Assembly (NCBI GenBank): GCA_964016885.1
Contig: OZ024763.1
Span: forward strand, 310,001-374,000
Length of the DNA: 64,000 nt
Reading direction: 5' to 3'
Source of the DNA: Eledone cirrhosa
Taxonomy: Eukaryota
Shown: positions 26,745-39,729 of the stretch, piece after piece
Numbering within the stretch: the stretch's first letter is position 1
Layout: every line of letters starts with the position of its first letter
Made by a program: the position numbers and the translations under genes
Notes under the pieces: model-generated
The model's input: the letters and a program-made list of their open reading frames with translations, nothing else
What the model was told of the DNA's origin: nothing
Databases searched by the model: none

Positions 26745-29300
26745 ATCTGGGTCCTGTCAGAAGCAACCATCACTTGATCTCGTTGGATCCCCAAGCATGA
26801 CCAGCCAAGCTCATATATGTTATCCAACCATCTTCTTCAGAGTCTACCCCTGGGTTTCCTACCTGTTGGGTTATGCCTGTAAAATCTGTCCAATGATTCT
26901 TTCCTGAGACATTCTAACCCCATGCCCATAATATCAGAGCTGTGTCCATAGTATCAGAGCTATGTCCATATATCAGAGCTATGTCCATAGTATCAGAGCT
27001 ATGTCCATAGTATCAGAGCTATGCCCATAGTATCAGAGCTATGCCCATAGTATCAGAGCTATGCCCATAGTATCAGAGCTATGTCCATAGTATCAGAGCT
27101 GTGATCTCTCAATTCAGAAAAGTAGCAGCTCTACTTGGAGTAACTCCAGTGACTCTTTCCTGAGACATTCTAACCACATGTCCATAGTATCAGAGCTATG
27201 TCCATAGTATCAGAGCTATGCCCATAGTATCAGAGCTATGCCCATAGTATCAGAGCTATGCCCATAGTATCAGAGCTATTCCCATAGTATCAGAGCTATG
27301 CCCATAGTATCAGAGCTATGCCCATAGTATCAGAGCTATGCCCATAGTATCAGAGCTATGTCCATAGTATCAGAGCTGTGATCTCTCAATTCAGAGAAAT
27401 AACAGCTCTACTTGGAGTAACTCCAGTGATTCTTTTCTGAGACATTCTAACCACATGTCCATAGTATCAGAGCTATATCCATAGTATCAGAGCTATGCCC
27501 ATAGTATCAGAGCTATGTCCATAGTATCAGAGCTATGTCCATAGTATCAGAGCTATGTCCATAGTATCAGAGCTATGCCCATAGTATCAGAGCTATGCCC
27601 ATAGTATCAGAGCTATGCCCATAGTATCAGAGCTATGCCCATAGTATCAGAGCTGTGATCTCTCAATTCAGAAAAGTAGCAGCTCTACTTGGAGTAACTC
27701 CAGTGACTCTTTCCTGAGACATTCTAACCACATGTCCATAGTATCAGAGCTATGTCCATAGTATCAGAGCTATGTCCATAGTATCAGAGCTATGCCCATA
27801 GTATCAGAGCTATGCCCATAGTATCAGAGCTGTGTCCATAGTATCAGAGCTATGTCCATAGTATCAGAGCTATGCCCATAGTATCAGAGCTGTGTCCATA
27901 GTATCAGAGCTATGTCCATAGTATCAGAGCTATGTCCATAGTATCAGAGCTGTGTCCATAGTATCAGAGCTATGTCCATAGTATCAGAGCTATGCCCATA
28001 GTATCAGAGCTATGCCCATAGTATCAGAGCTATGTCCATAGTATCAGAGCTATGCCCATAGTATCAGAGCTATGCCCATAGTATCAGAGCTATGCCCATA
28101 GTATCAGAGCTATGTCCATAGTATCAGAGCTGTGATCTCTCAATTCAGAAAAGTAGCAGCTCTACTTGGAGTAACTCCAGTGACTCTTTCCTGAGACATT
28201 CTAACCACATGTCCATAGTATCAGAGCTATGCCCATAGTATCAGAGCTATGCCCATAGTATCAGAGCTGTGTCCATAGTATCAGAGCTATGTCCATAGTA
28301 TCAGAGCTGTGTCCATAGTATCAGAGCTATGTCCATAGTATCAGAGCTATGCCCATAGTATCAGAGCTATGCCCATAGTATCAGAGCTATGTCCATAGTA
28401 TCAGAGCTATGCCCATAGTATCAGAGCTATGCCCATAGTATCAGAGCTATGCCCATAGTATCAGAGCTATGTCCATAGTATCAGAGCTGTGATCTCTCAA
28501 TTCAGAAAAGTAGCAGCTCTACTTGGAGTAACTCCAGTGACTCTTTCCTGAGACATTCTAACCACATGTCCATAGTATCAGAGCTATGCCCATAGTATCA
28601 GAGCTATGCCCATAGTATCAGAGCTATGCCCATAGTATCAGAGCTATGCCCATAGTATCAGAGCTATGCCCATAGTATCAGAGCTATGCCCATAGTATCA
28701 GAGCTATGTCCATAGTATCAGAGCTGTGATCTCTCAATTCAGAGAAATAACAGCTCTACTTGGAGTAACTCCAGTGATTCTTTTCTGAGACATTCTAACC
28801 ACATGTCCATAGTATCAGAGCTATATCCATAGTATCAGAGCTATGCCCATAGTATCAGAGCTATGCCCATAGTATCAGAGCTATGCCCATAGTATCAGAG
28901 CTGTGTCCATAGTATCAGAGCTATGCCCATAGTATCAGAGCTATGCCCATAGTATCAGAGCTATGCCCATAGTATCAGAGCTGTGATCTCTCAATTCAGA
29001 GAAATAACAGCTCTACTTGGAGTAACTCCAGCGATTCTTTCCTGAGACATTCTAACCACATGTCCATAGTATCAGAGCTATGTCCATAGTATCAGAGCTG
29101 TGATCTCTCAATTAAGAAACACAGTGACTCCCTAAGTAGCAGCTTTACTTGCTTGAAGTGACTCTCTGATCTCCGAGCTGCAACTCTCTGATCTCCGAGC
29201 TGCAAATCTGTCCAGTGATTCTTTCCAGAGACATTCTAACCGCATTTCTATAATAGCGGAGCTGTGATCTCTCAATTCACAGAAGTAGTGGCTCTACTAT
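26745..29300 (-). mobile_element. Decayed Rex3/Expander-like RTE ORF end expanded into a nested tandem array
   Basis: Minus strand reads IERSQL*YYGHVVRMSQER and PTGRKPRGRL*RRWLDNIYELGWSCLGI. Confidence 0.7.
26900..29300. repeat. Higher-order array: runs of 20-bp CATAGTATCAGAGCTATGYC separated by a constant about 80-bp block (about 9 outer units)
   Basis: GTGATCTCTCAATT recurs near 27101, 27378, 27655, 28132, 28488, 28726, 28983, 29100 and 29263. Confidence 0.95.
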
Positions 29301-29449
29301 TATTATCACTATTAACATACTACTTCTTTAAGATACCAATTACAATGTAATACCAGACGTAGAAAACCACAGCAGCAGTAACCGACGTATTAGTATCAAG
29401 TGTTTAAACTAGTGGACTAATAGTAACTAAATATTACACACCAATACAC

Positions 29450-29488
<39 letters not shown>

Positions 29489-29574
29489 TCTACTGATATC
29501 TATTGAGTGTTCACACAGTTAAATGTCTGACTATTTTTGTGTCTGATTATAAATAATATATATATTAATGAATA

Positions 29575-29626
<52 letters not shown>

Positions 29627-29646
29627 TATATATTCATTAATATATA

Positions 29647-29691
<45 letters not shown>

Positions 29692-29793
29692 TTATACACA
29701 CATAAATATATATATGTATATATGAATATATATATCATCATTAAATGATTGTGATGATTATAAATGTGTATATATATGTGGGATGTACGTGTG

Positions 29794-29830
<37 letters not shown>

Positions 29831-30271
29831 AATATATATATATATATATATATACACAAATATATATATATATGCACAAAGAAATATATATATACACACA
29901 TATATATATATACACATACACCCACACAAATATTTACACATACACAACATATATATATATATACACACACATATACATATAAATGGTAGAATTAATGTAT
30001 TTATTAAAGTCGAATGTCTGCGGTTGCTATTAGTTAAAGTCTCCAGCCATCAGATTTAATGGCAGCCATGATGTAAAACTGAAAGTAATGGCTGTACATA
30101 CTCACTCCACTTCAGATTTCTCAAATAAATAACATAAATATATTTAATACATGCTTACACATAAATATCTGTGTATATATTTACATATAGTTATTTGAGT
30201 GTGTATCTGTGTGTGTGTGTGTGTCTGTGTGTTTCTCTGTGTATTAGTGTGTCTGTGCCACTGGTTTGTAA

Positions 30272-30330
<59 letters not shown>

Positions 30331-30333
<3 letters not shown>

Positions 30334-30520
30334 CGAAGGAAATGTGGTAAGGGACCAGGTGGACCATAACGCACCAAAGTACTCAATACTTGGGGTAGTA
30401 GAGTGGGTAATAGGAACCAGTAAGACCCCGACGGCTGAGCTCAAGCCGTTTCGACGGCTAATTCAGAATTAGCCGTCGAAACGGCTTGAGCTCAGCCGTC
30501 GGGGTCTTACTGGTTCCTAT
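30331..30520 (-). mobile_element. Fold-back element, family C
   Basis: Tail plus arm on minus; inverted arm centred near 30465; (TA)n flanks. Confidence 0.8.
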
Positions 30521-30667
30521 ATATATATATATATATATTGAGCTATACCTTTTACTGTCATTTCTATAATACGAAGAGGGTGTTTAACTCCAACACGCTC
30601 CAGTATTTTAACCCTTATGTATATATATATATTTACAAACCAGTGGCACATTTATATATATATATAT

Positions 30668-30858
30668 AACGAAGGAAATGTGGTAAGGAACCAGATGGAC
30701 CATAACGCACCAAAGTACTCAATACTTAGGGTAGTAGAGTGGGTAATAGGAACGAGTAGGACCCCGACGGCTGAGCTCAAACCGTTTCGACGGCTAATTC
30801 TGGCTGATTAGCCGTCGAAACGGCTTGAGCTCAGCCGTCGGGGTCCTACTCGTTCCTA
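30668..30858 (-). mobile_element. Fold-back element, family C
   Basis: As 30331-30520; fold-back centre near 30802. Confidence 0.8.
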
Positions 30859-30865
30859 TATATAT

Positions 30866-31110
30866 AGAGGAGACTGAGGTTAGCTGGACATGCTCACCGA
30901 CATCCAGAGTTGACATTGCACTCAGTGCTCCTTTGGAAGCCCCTACATGGACACACTAGAAGAGGAAGACCAAGGTTAACGTATGTTAATGCTCTAAGGA
31001 CAGACACTGGTCTGTTGGAGACGCAGGACATGGCAGCGATAATGAGGGACAGAGACCGCTGGAGAGAACTCGTCCATGGATCTCAGGAATTTTACCCGCT
31101 TTAGATAGAT
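30866..31110 (+). mobile_element. RTE-X-like LINE 3' end
   Basis: RRLRLAGHAHRHPELTLHSVLLWKPLHGHTRRGRP...; (TAGA)n tail; matches 60385-60630. Confidence 0.8.
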
Positions 31111-31163
31111 ATATATATATTAATTCAAAATATTAACAAAATAGATATTCTTGTGATCAATTA

Positions 31164-31230
31164 TATTTTATTATACATATTTCAGAGGTACTGAGTTAAC
31201 TTCAACAGTACGCCCTCATCAGATAAAATA
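31164..31230 (-). ncRNA. Minimal type I hammerhead ribozyme (family B, intact)
   Basis: TATTTTAT CTGATGA gggcgtactg-loop-cagtacctct GAAA tatgta TA ATAAAATA on minus. Confidence 0.8.
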
Positions 31231-31351
31231 AGATGATGCATGACATACCCTGACATAGTAGATGGTTAAGATTCAGTTTTTATATATTTGATATATATTT
31301 ATCCTTATCGAGCCCTCTTTGGATTTTAGTCTTCACATTTATTATTATTAC

Positions 31352-31382
<31 letters not shown>

Positions 31383-31754
31383 TTTTTTATTATCATTATT
31401 ATTCTCCCCCCCCCCCTGCAATGGCAATGCTGATAACCAGGGGGCAGCCATCATGTGTATATATATATATATATGCATGTAGGTGTGTGTAATTGTGTAT
31501 GTATGAATATATGTATGTATGTGTGTATCTATGTGTATGTATATGAATGAATGTGTCTATAGATTTATCTATCTATAACTATATATATATGTGTGTGTGT
31601 ATATATATGTGTGTGTGTGTATATATGTGTGTGTGTGTATATATGTATGTGTGTATATGTGAAATGTGAGCTCCATTGAAGGAGAGTCAAGTGTGTTGAC
31701 AGAAAGGTCAAAAACCTGTAAATGTCAATATGTCATGGACATATTGACTGTTGT

Positions 31755-32050
31755 GGATGGTGGTGGTGGTGGTGGTGGTTGTTACTACCACTACTGCTAC
31801 TACTACTATGACTACTACTACTACTGCTACTACTGTTATGACCACTACTACCACCACCACTACTACTACTACTGCTACCACTACTACCACCACCACTACT
31901 GCTACTACTACTACTGTTATGACCACTACTACCACCACCACTACTACTACTACTGCTACCACTACTACCACCACCACTACTGCTACTACTACTATGACTA
32001 CTACTACTACTACTGTTATGACCACTACTACCACCACCACTACTACTACC

Positions 32051-32081
<31 letters not shown>

Positions 32082-32110
32082 TTACTACCACCACCACCAC
32101 TACCACCATT
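31755..32110. repeat. (GGT)n followed by (CTA/CCA)n array
   Basis: Direct inspection. Confidence 0.9.
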
Positions 32111-32174
32111 ATTTATTATAGATATATAATATCATTAGTTATTATATATAAGGGTGGGTGGGGTGGGGTGGGGG

Positions 32175-32565
32175 AGGTTTGGCAGTATCTGTAGAGGGCC
32201 GGATGCCATTGTTTGCAGCATAGAGTTACGGCCCTTGCCATTCTGAGTTCAAATACTGCCAAGGTTAACTTTGCCGTTCAACCTTACGGGGTCAATAAAA
32301 TAAAGTACCAGTAATACACTGAGTAATTGCTGGCCTTGTGCCAAAAGTTGAAACAATTATTTATTATATATATATATATAATTGTTTCTACTTTAGGCAC
32401 AAGGCCAGCAAATTACCCAGTGCATTACTGGTACTTTATTTTATCGACCCCGTAAGGATGAAAGGCAAAGTCAACCTCGGCGGGATTTGAACTCAGATCA
32501 TAAAGGGACGTAACTATGCTGGAAAGCATGGCGTCCGACCCTCTACCGATACTGCCAATCCACCA
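32175..32565. mobile_element. Two S3 SINEs tail-to-tail (32175-32360 +, 32380-32565 -)
   Basis: Both carry the S3 central domain and GGCCTTGTGCC.AAAGT.GAAACAAT tail. Confidence 0.8.
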
Positions 32566-32616
32566 CCCAACAACAACAACAACAGCAATATATATATATA
32601 TATATATAATATCATT

Positions 32617-32654
<38 letters not shown>

Positions 32655-32759
32655 CCAAACGTTAAGACTCTCTCCCTTCTATATCAAGTGTTAAACTAAT
32701 ATATTTCTTCATTTTACCTTGTCATTTGCTTTATATCTGTTTACTTTTTACAGACAAAT

Positions 32760-32760
32760 G

Positions 32761-32791
<31 letters not shown>

Positions 32792-35268
32792 GGTGGTGGT
32801 GGTGGTGGTGGTGGTGTTGGTGGTGTTGTTGTTGGTGGTGGTGGTGGTGTTGGTGGTGGTGGTGGTGGTGGTGTTGTTGGTGGTGTTGTTGTTGGTGGTG
32901 GTGGTGGTGTTGGTGGTGGTGGTGGTGTTGGTGGTGGTGGTGTTGTTGGTGTTGGTGTTGGTGTTGTTGGTGGTGGTGGTGTTGGTGGTGTTGGTGTTGT
33001 TGGTGGTGGTGGTGGTGTTGGTGTTGTTGGTGGTGGTGTTGTTGGTGGTGGTGTTGTTGGTGGTGGTGTTGTTGGTGGTGGTGGTGTTGTTGGTGTTGGT
33101 GGTGTTGTTGGTGGTGGTGTTGTTGGTGGTGTTGGTGTTGGTGTTGTTGTTGTTGTTGTTGGTGGTGGTGTTGGTGTTGGTGTTGGTGTTGGTGGTGGTG
33201 TTGTTGTTGTTGGTGTTGGTGTTGGTGTTGTTGTTGGTGTTGGTGGTGGTGTTGTTGTTGTTGGTGGTGGTGTTGGTGGTGTTGTTGGTGTTGTTGTTGT
33301 TGGTGGTGGTGGTGGTGTTGGTGTTGTTGGTGGTGGTGGTGTTGTTGGTGTTGGTGGTGGTGGTGTTGGTGTTGTTGGTGGTGGTGTTGTTGGTGGTGTT
33401 GGTGTTGTTGTTGTTGTTGGTGTTGGTGGTGGTGTTGTTGTTGTTGGTGGTGGTGTTGGTGGTGTTGTTGGTGGTGGTGTTGTTGTTGTTGGTGGTGGTG
33501 TTGGTGGTGTTGTTGGTGTTGTTGTTGTTGGTGGTGGTGGTGTTGGTGGTGTTGGTGTTGTTGGTGGTGGTGGTGTTGTTGGTGGTGGTGGTGTTGGTGT
33601 TGTTGGTGGTGGTGTTGTTGGTGGTGTTGGTGTTGGTGTTGTTGTTGTTGTTGTTGGTGGTGGTGTTGTTGGTGGTGTTGGTGTTGGTGTTGTTGTTGGT
33701 GTTGGTGGTGGTGTTGTTGTTGTTGGTGGTGGTGTTGGTGGTGTTGTTGGTGTTGTTGTTGTTGATGGTGGTGTTGTTGGTGGTGGTGTTGTTGGTGGTG
33801 TTGTTGGTGGTGGTGTTGTTGGTGGTGTTGGTGTTGGTGGTGTTGTTGGTGGTGGTGTTGTTGTTGTTGTTGTTGGTGGTGGTGTTGGTGGTGTTGTTGG
33901 TGTTGGTGTTGTTGTTGTTGGTGGTGGTGTTGTTGTTGTTGTTGGTGGTGGTGTTGGTGGTGGTGTTGGTGGTGTTGTTGGTGTTGGTGTTGTTGTTGTT
34001 GGTGGTGGTGTTGTTGGTGGTGTTGGTGTTGTTGGTGTTGGTGGTGGTGTTGTTGTTGTTGTTGGTGTTGTTGTTGTTGGTGGTGGTGTTGTTGTTGGTG
34101 TTGGTGTTGTTGTTGTTGGTGGTGGTGTTGTTGGTGGTGTTGGTGTTGTTGGTGTTGGTGGTGGTGTTGTTGTTGTTGTTGGTGTTGGTGGTGGTGGTGT
34201 TGGTGTTGTTGGTGGTGGTGTTGGTGGTGTTGGTGGTGGTGTTGTTGTTGTTGGTGGTGGTGTTGGTGGTGTTGTTGGTGTTGTTGTTGTTGGTGGTGGT
34301 GTTGTTGGTGGTGGTGGTGTTGGTGGTGGTGGTGGTGTTGTTGGTGTTGGTGGTGGTGGTGTTGGTGTTGTTGGTGGTGGTGTTGTTGGTGGTGTTGGTG
34401 TTGTTGTTGTTGTTGTTGTTGTTGTTGGTGGTGTTGGTGTTGTTGTTGGTGTTGGTGGTGGTGTTGTTGTTGTTGGTGGTGGTGTTGGTGGTGTTGTTGG
34501 TGTTGTTGTTGTTGATGGTGGTGTTGTTGGTGGTGGTGTTGTTGGTGGTGTTGGTGTTGGTGTTGTTGTTGTTGTTGTTGGTGGTGGTGTTGTTGGTGGT
34601 GTTGGTGTTGGTGGTGTTGTTGTTGTTGGTGGTGGTGTTGTTGTTGTTGGTGGTGGTGTTGGTGGTGTTGTTGGTGTTGGTGTTGTTGTTGTTGGTGGTG
34701 GTGTTGTTGGTGGTGTTGGTGTTGTTGGTGTTGGTGGTGGTGTTGTTGTTGTTGTTGGTGGTGGTGTTGTTGGTGGTGTTGGTGTTGGTGTTGTTGGTGG
34801 TGGTGTTGTTGGTGGTGTTGGTGTTGGTGGTGTTGTTGTTGTTGGTGGTGGTGGTGTTGGTGTTGTTGGTGTTGGTGTTGTTGTTGGTGTTGTTGGTGGT
34901 GGTGTTGTTGGTGTTGGTGTTGTTGGTGTTGTTGGTGGTGTTGTTGGTGTTGTTGTTGTTGTTGGTGTTGTTGTTGTTGTTGTGGTGTTGTTGTTGTTGT
35001 TGCTGTTGCTGTTGTTGTTGTTGTTGTTGTTGTCGTTGTTGGTATTGTTGTTGGTGTTGGTGGTGTTGGTGGTGTTGTTGGTATTGTTGTTGGTGGTGGT
35101 GGTGGTGGTGCTATTGTTGGTGTTGGCATAGTTGTTGTTGATGTTGTTGGTAGTGGTGTTGTTGCTGCTTCTGCTGCTACTGTTGCAGCTGTTATTGCTG
35201 CTGTTGTTGTTGCTGTTGTTGTTGTTGTTGTCACTGCTGCTGCTGCTGCTGCTGTTGTTGTTGTTGTA
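32760..35268. repeat. About 2.5-kb (GGT/GTT)n mosaic trinucleotide array
   Basis: Direct inspection. Confidence 0.97.
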
Positions 35269-35496
35269 TCAAAGGTTAATAAACTGAGGAGCCGTCATCG
35301 TGATACGTCGTTTGAATTAAATTAACGATGACAACATCTCGTTATAAAACAGATATTTTCTCTCCAATTAACCATCACACATGGCTACGTGCAAACATGG
35401 CAACGTGACTACATGGCTAAATTGCTACATGGCTACATGGAAACATGGCAACGTGACTGCATGGCAACTACCCGTGAATATTTCCACCAAACTTTT

Positions 35497-35499
<3 letters not shown>

Positions 35500-35530
<31 letters not shown>

Positions 35531-35723
35531 GTGATGTATATATATATATATATATATGATATATATATATATATATATATATATGATATATATATATATA
35601 TATGATATATATATGATATATATATATATATATATATGATATATATATATATATGATATATATATATATATATGATATATATATGATATATATATATATA
35701 TATGATATATATATATATATATG

Positions 35724-35758
<35 letters not shown>

Positions 35759-35776
35759 GATATATATATATATATG

Positions 35777-35811
<35 letters not shown>

Positions 35812-35944
35812 GATATATATATATATATATGATATATATATATATATATGATATATATATATATATATGATATATATATATATATATATGATATATATAT
35901 ATATATATATGATATATATATATGATATATATGATATATATATA

Positions 35945-35991
<47 letters not shown>

Positions 35992-36042
35992 ATATATATA
36001 TATATATATAATATATATATATATGATATATATATATATATA
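35500..36042. repeat. (TA)nGA microsatellite
   Basis: Direct inspection. Confidence 0.9.
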
Positions 36043-36518
36043 GTAATAATAATAAATTTGAAGACTAAAATCCAAAGAGGGCTCGATAAGGTTTCCTAGT
36101 TAGAATTTTAGTCTACGACTTCTGCTATACCATTTACATGGTTTTGTCCTTGCGTGCAATTGTTCTCCACGCTCCACATATGACGTATTATCTTCGTTTT
36201 TTCCGTTCATTGCCAGAGAACGTCTCTATGAACCACCTAAGAGAACATTAGTCTACGACTTCTTTTATACCATAAACGTGGTTCTGTCTTTGCGTGTAAT
36301 TGTTTTTCACCGCTTCTATTAATGACGTATTATATTCGTTTGTTCCCGTTCTTTGCCAGGGAACGTCTTCACGAACCAAAGTATCGTCTTCCTGTCTTCC
36401 TCCGGTTGCAACGTTTTTTGAAATATTTACTTCTGCGTTTACAGATTGACTTTGTTAGTTTCAGAAGATCCTGTTAAGGGTGAAAGCAGCGATTCTTTGG
36501 TTAAACTTTAATCTGTCA

Positions 36519-36527
<9 letters not shown>
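36042..36527. mobile_element. Family D element: minus-strand tail (36042-36091) plus long plus-strand arm with hammerhead-like fold (36442-36515)
   Basis: cagattga..agttt CAGAAGA tcct-gttaa-gggt GAAA gcag..TT aaactttaatctg. Confidence 0.7.
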
Positions 36528-36562
<35 letters not shown>

Positions 36563-36612
36563 ATGATATATATATATATGTATGATATATATATGATATA
36601 TATATATATATA

Positions 36613-36649
<37 letters not shown>

Positions 36650-36706
36650 ATATATGATATATAATACGATATTAATAAATGGAAACTATATTTATAAAAC
36701 CATATT

Positions 36707-36771
36707 TATTTCATTATACATATTTCAGGGATACCACATTAAATTATGGTATGCCTTCATCAGACAAAATA
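36707..36771 (-). ncRNA. Minimal type I hammerhead ribozyme in a solo family A arm (36665-36850)
   Basis: TATTTTGT CTGATGA aggcataccat..gtggtatccct GAAA tatgta TA ATGAAATA on minus. Confidence 0.75.
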
Positions 36772-36850
36772 CAATATATAACAGTTTTACAAATAGCTTT
36801 GACGTACCCTTTTAAAATACAACCATTACTTTTGGAGGCTGTCTGGATTA

Positions 36851-36887
<37 letters not shown>

Positions 36888-36935
36888 ATATATATCATCA
36901 TCATCATCATCATATATATATATGATATATATAAT

Positions 36936-37540
36936 ATGGTGGCTGCCAACTCGTTTTCGAGTACAACCACTACTTTATATCCATGTAGGAGAACCCCTAC
37001 TGATGCGCTGAACGAGTGTGACTTTTTAGTCCAGCCAGTGACTTGAAAACTCTGGTACAAACACTACACTTGTGACAATTATTGACACATAGTGCTGGGC
37101 CCATGGTACCATGTGACGACAAGTGCAGAGAGATCTCCAGATATAAAGCAATGCCTGTGCCGTGAAGCTTTTATAGTGAGCAAAGGCACTGCACAAAGCC
37201 AGTCCCACTCTCTTAACCAAGATGATATTTACCAAAAAGAAGAACAAGTCAACATCATTGGATACCATCAGGGTTGCAGGTGTTATATCAGAGTTTTCCT
37301 TCTCCTAGAATTCTGCCTTGACAAAGGCTAAGGGGTCATCTCTCCCAGTGATTTTGGATGGCCATTGACTCTTAAGAGCTCCTTTGCCCTTTGACAGGTT
37401 TTGTTTTTAGTCCTGCAGGATGTCCAAAGTCACCCTCCTCACCAAGAAACCTTGGTGGGGTTGCCAGTTTAGTCGCCAATGACCCGACCATGAGACAGGT
37501 TGTACTGGGATACATGTTACCAGTAGCACCAAGTGGTGAC
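36936..37540 (-). mobile_element. Bipartite non-autonomous RTE derivative (about 600 bp)
   Basis: Reverse complement of 44676-45280. Confidence 0.75.
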
Positions 37541-37624
37541 CTGACATATATACACACACATACATACATATATATATATATACACACACATACATACATA
37601 TATATACACACACATACATACATA

Positions 37625-37658
<34 letters not shown>

Positions 37659-37879
37659 CACACACATACATATATATATATACACACACATACATACATA
37701 TATATATATATACACACACATACATACATATATACATACACACACATACATACATATATATATATACACACATACATACATACATATATATATATATATC
37801 ATCATCATCATCATCATATATATATATTGATGGTAGTTATGGAGTAGGTAGACCCAGAAAAACCTGGGATGATTTGATA

Positions 37880-38200
37880 TAATAATAATAATAATAATAA
37901 TGAAATTATTGTGTAAAGTGCTCAGGTGCACTACAACTCGTCAATATAGTACATAGAATAATACACAAATGCCAGGGAAGTACATGTTTGTATGTGTTAG
38001 CTGTAGTGTTGGCGGATCTCGGGAAGCATGGAGGCCTTAAAGGATGCAGCGTCTCGACAGCTAACAACTGATGCAGGTAGTTTGTTCCATGCTTCAGCAA
38101 CTCTGAGCGTGAAAAAATGTTTCCGAAAGTCATGGGAACTGTGCTGTTTTCTTACTTTGTGGGCATGTCCACGTGTGTTAGACACATGGAAATCGAAAAG
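37880..38200 (-). mobile_element. CR1-like LINE 3' end
   Basis: TRGHAHKV..FRKHFFTLRVAEAWNKLPASVV motif; (ATT)n tail. Confidence 0.85.
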
Positions 38201-38429
38201 GCACTCTCTAAGACAATTTCACTGGACCGAGACCTGTTATTGTTGTTGTTACTGTTGTTGTTGTTGTTACTGTTGTTGTTGTTGTTGTTGTTACTGTTGT
38301 TGTTGTTGTGGTTCCCACAGCTGTTGTCGTTGAACCTCTACAACAAACAGGATTTTTCATATATTAACAACTTCAATGTCAATGGCCTCTATGTTTGTAT
38401 ATGTGTGTGTATGTGTATGTATATATATA

Positions 38430-39530
38430 TATATGAGTGTGTTTATGTATGTGTGTGTGTATGTATATATGAGTGTGTTTGTATAAATATGTGTGTATAT
38501 GTACGTATGTATGTGTATATGTGTATATATATATATGAGTGTGTTTATGTATGTGTGTGTGTATGTATGTATATATGAGTGTGTTTATATAAATATGTGT
38601 ATATGTACGTATGTATGTGTATATGTATATATATATATATATGAGTGTGTTTATGTATGTGTGTGTGTGTATGTATGTATATATGAGTGTGTTTGTATAA
38701 ATATGTGTGTATATGTACGTATATATATATATATATATGAGTGTGTTTATGTATGTGTGTGTGTGTATGTATGTATATATGAGTGTGTTTGTATAAATAT
38801 GTGTGTATATGTACGTATATATATATATATATATATGAGTGTGTTTATGTATGTGTGTGTGTATGTATGTATATATGAGTGTGTTTATATAAATATGTGT
38901 ATATGTACGTATGTATGTGTATATGTATATATATATATATATATGAGTGTGTTTATGTATGTGTGTGTGTATGTATGTATATATGAGTGTGTTTGTATAA
39001 ATATGTGTGTATATGTACGTATATATATATATATATATGAGTGTGTTTATGTATGTGTGTGTGTATGTATGTATATATGAGTGTGTTTATATAAATATGT
39101 GTATATGTACGTATGTATGTGTATATGTATATATATATATATATGAGTGTGTTTATGTATGTGTGTGTGTATGTATGTATATATGAGTGTGTTTGTATAA
39201 ATATGTGTGTATATGTACGTATGTATGTGTATATGTGTATATATATATGAGTGTGTTTATGTATGTGTGTGTGTATGTATGTATATATGAGTGTGTTTGT
39301 ATAAATATGTGTGTATATGTACGTATATATATAAGTGTGTTTATGTATGTGTGTGTGTATGTATGTATATATGAGTGTGTTTGTATAAATATGTGTGTAT
39401 ATGTACGTATGTATGTGTATATGTATATATATATATATATGAGTGTGTTTATGTATGTATATATGAGTGTGTTTGTATAAATATGTGTGTATATGTACGT
39501 ATGTATGTGTATATGTATATATATATATAT
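38430..39530. repeat. Compound TG/TA minisatellite (GAGTGTGTTT..., about 100-bp super-unit)
   Basis: Alternating GAGTGTGTTTATGTATG and GAGTGTGTTTGTATAAATATG blocks. Confidence 0.85.
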
Positions 39531-39729
39531 GTGTCTATGTATTTGTGTATATATATATATGTGTGTGTGCCTTTTTATGTGTGTATGTATATATAGGTAT
39601 GTATGTGTGTGTAGGTATATATATATAAATGCATGTGTGTGTGTATGTGTATATATAAGCTAACATCTTTGTGTGTGTGGGAGTGTATGCATTAGTCTGC
39701 GTTAGTTTACATGTTTGTGTGTATTAACA

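Noticed and set aside
26900-29300. CRISPR-like repeat/spacer appearance
   Set aside because: The intervening blocks are near-identical rather than unique spacers, the sequence is LINE-derived, and there are no cas genes in this eukaryotic context
32719-35234. 800-aa Gly/Val, poly-Q/H and Leu/Val ORFs with an upstream acceptor-like TTTTACAG at about 32754
   Set aside because: A stop-free trinucleotide array is open in most frames by composition; no donor site or neighbouring exon supports it
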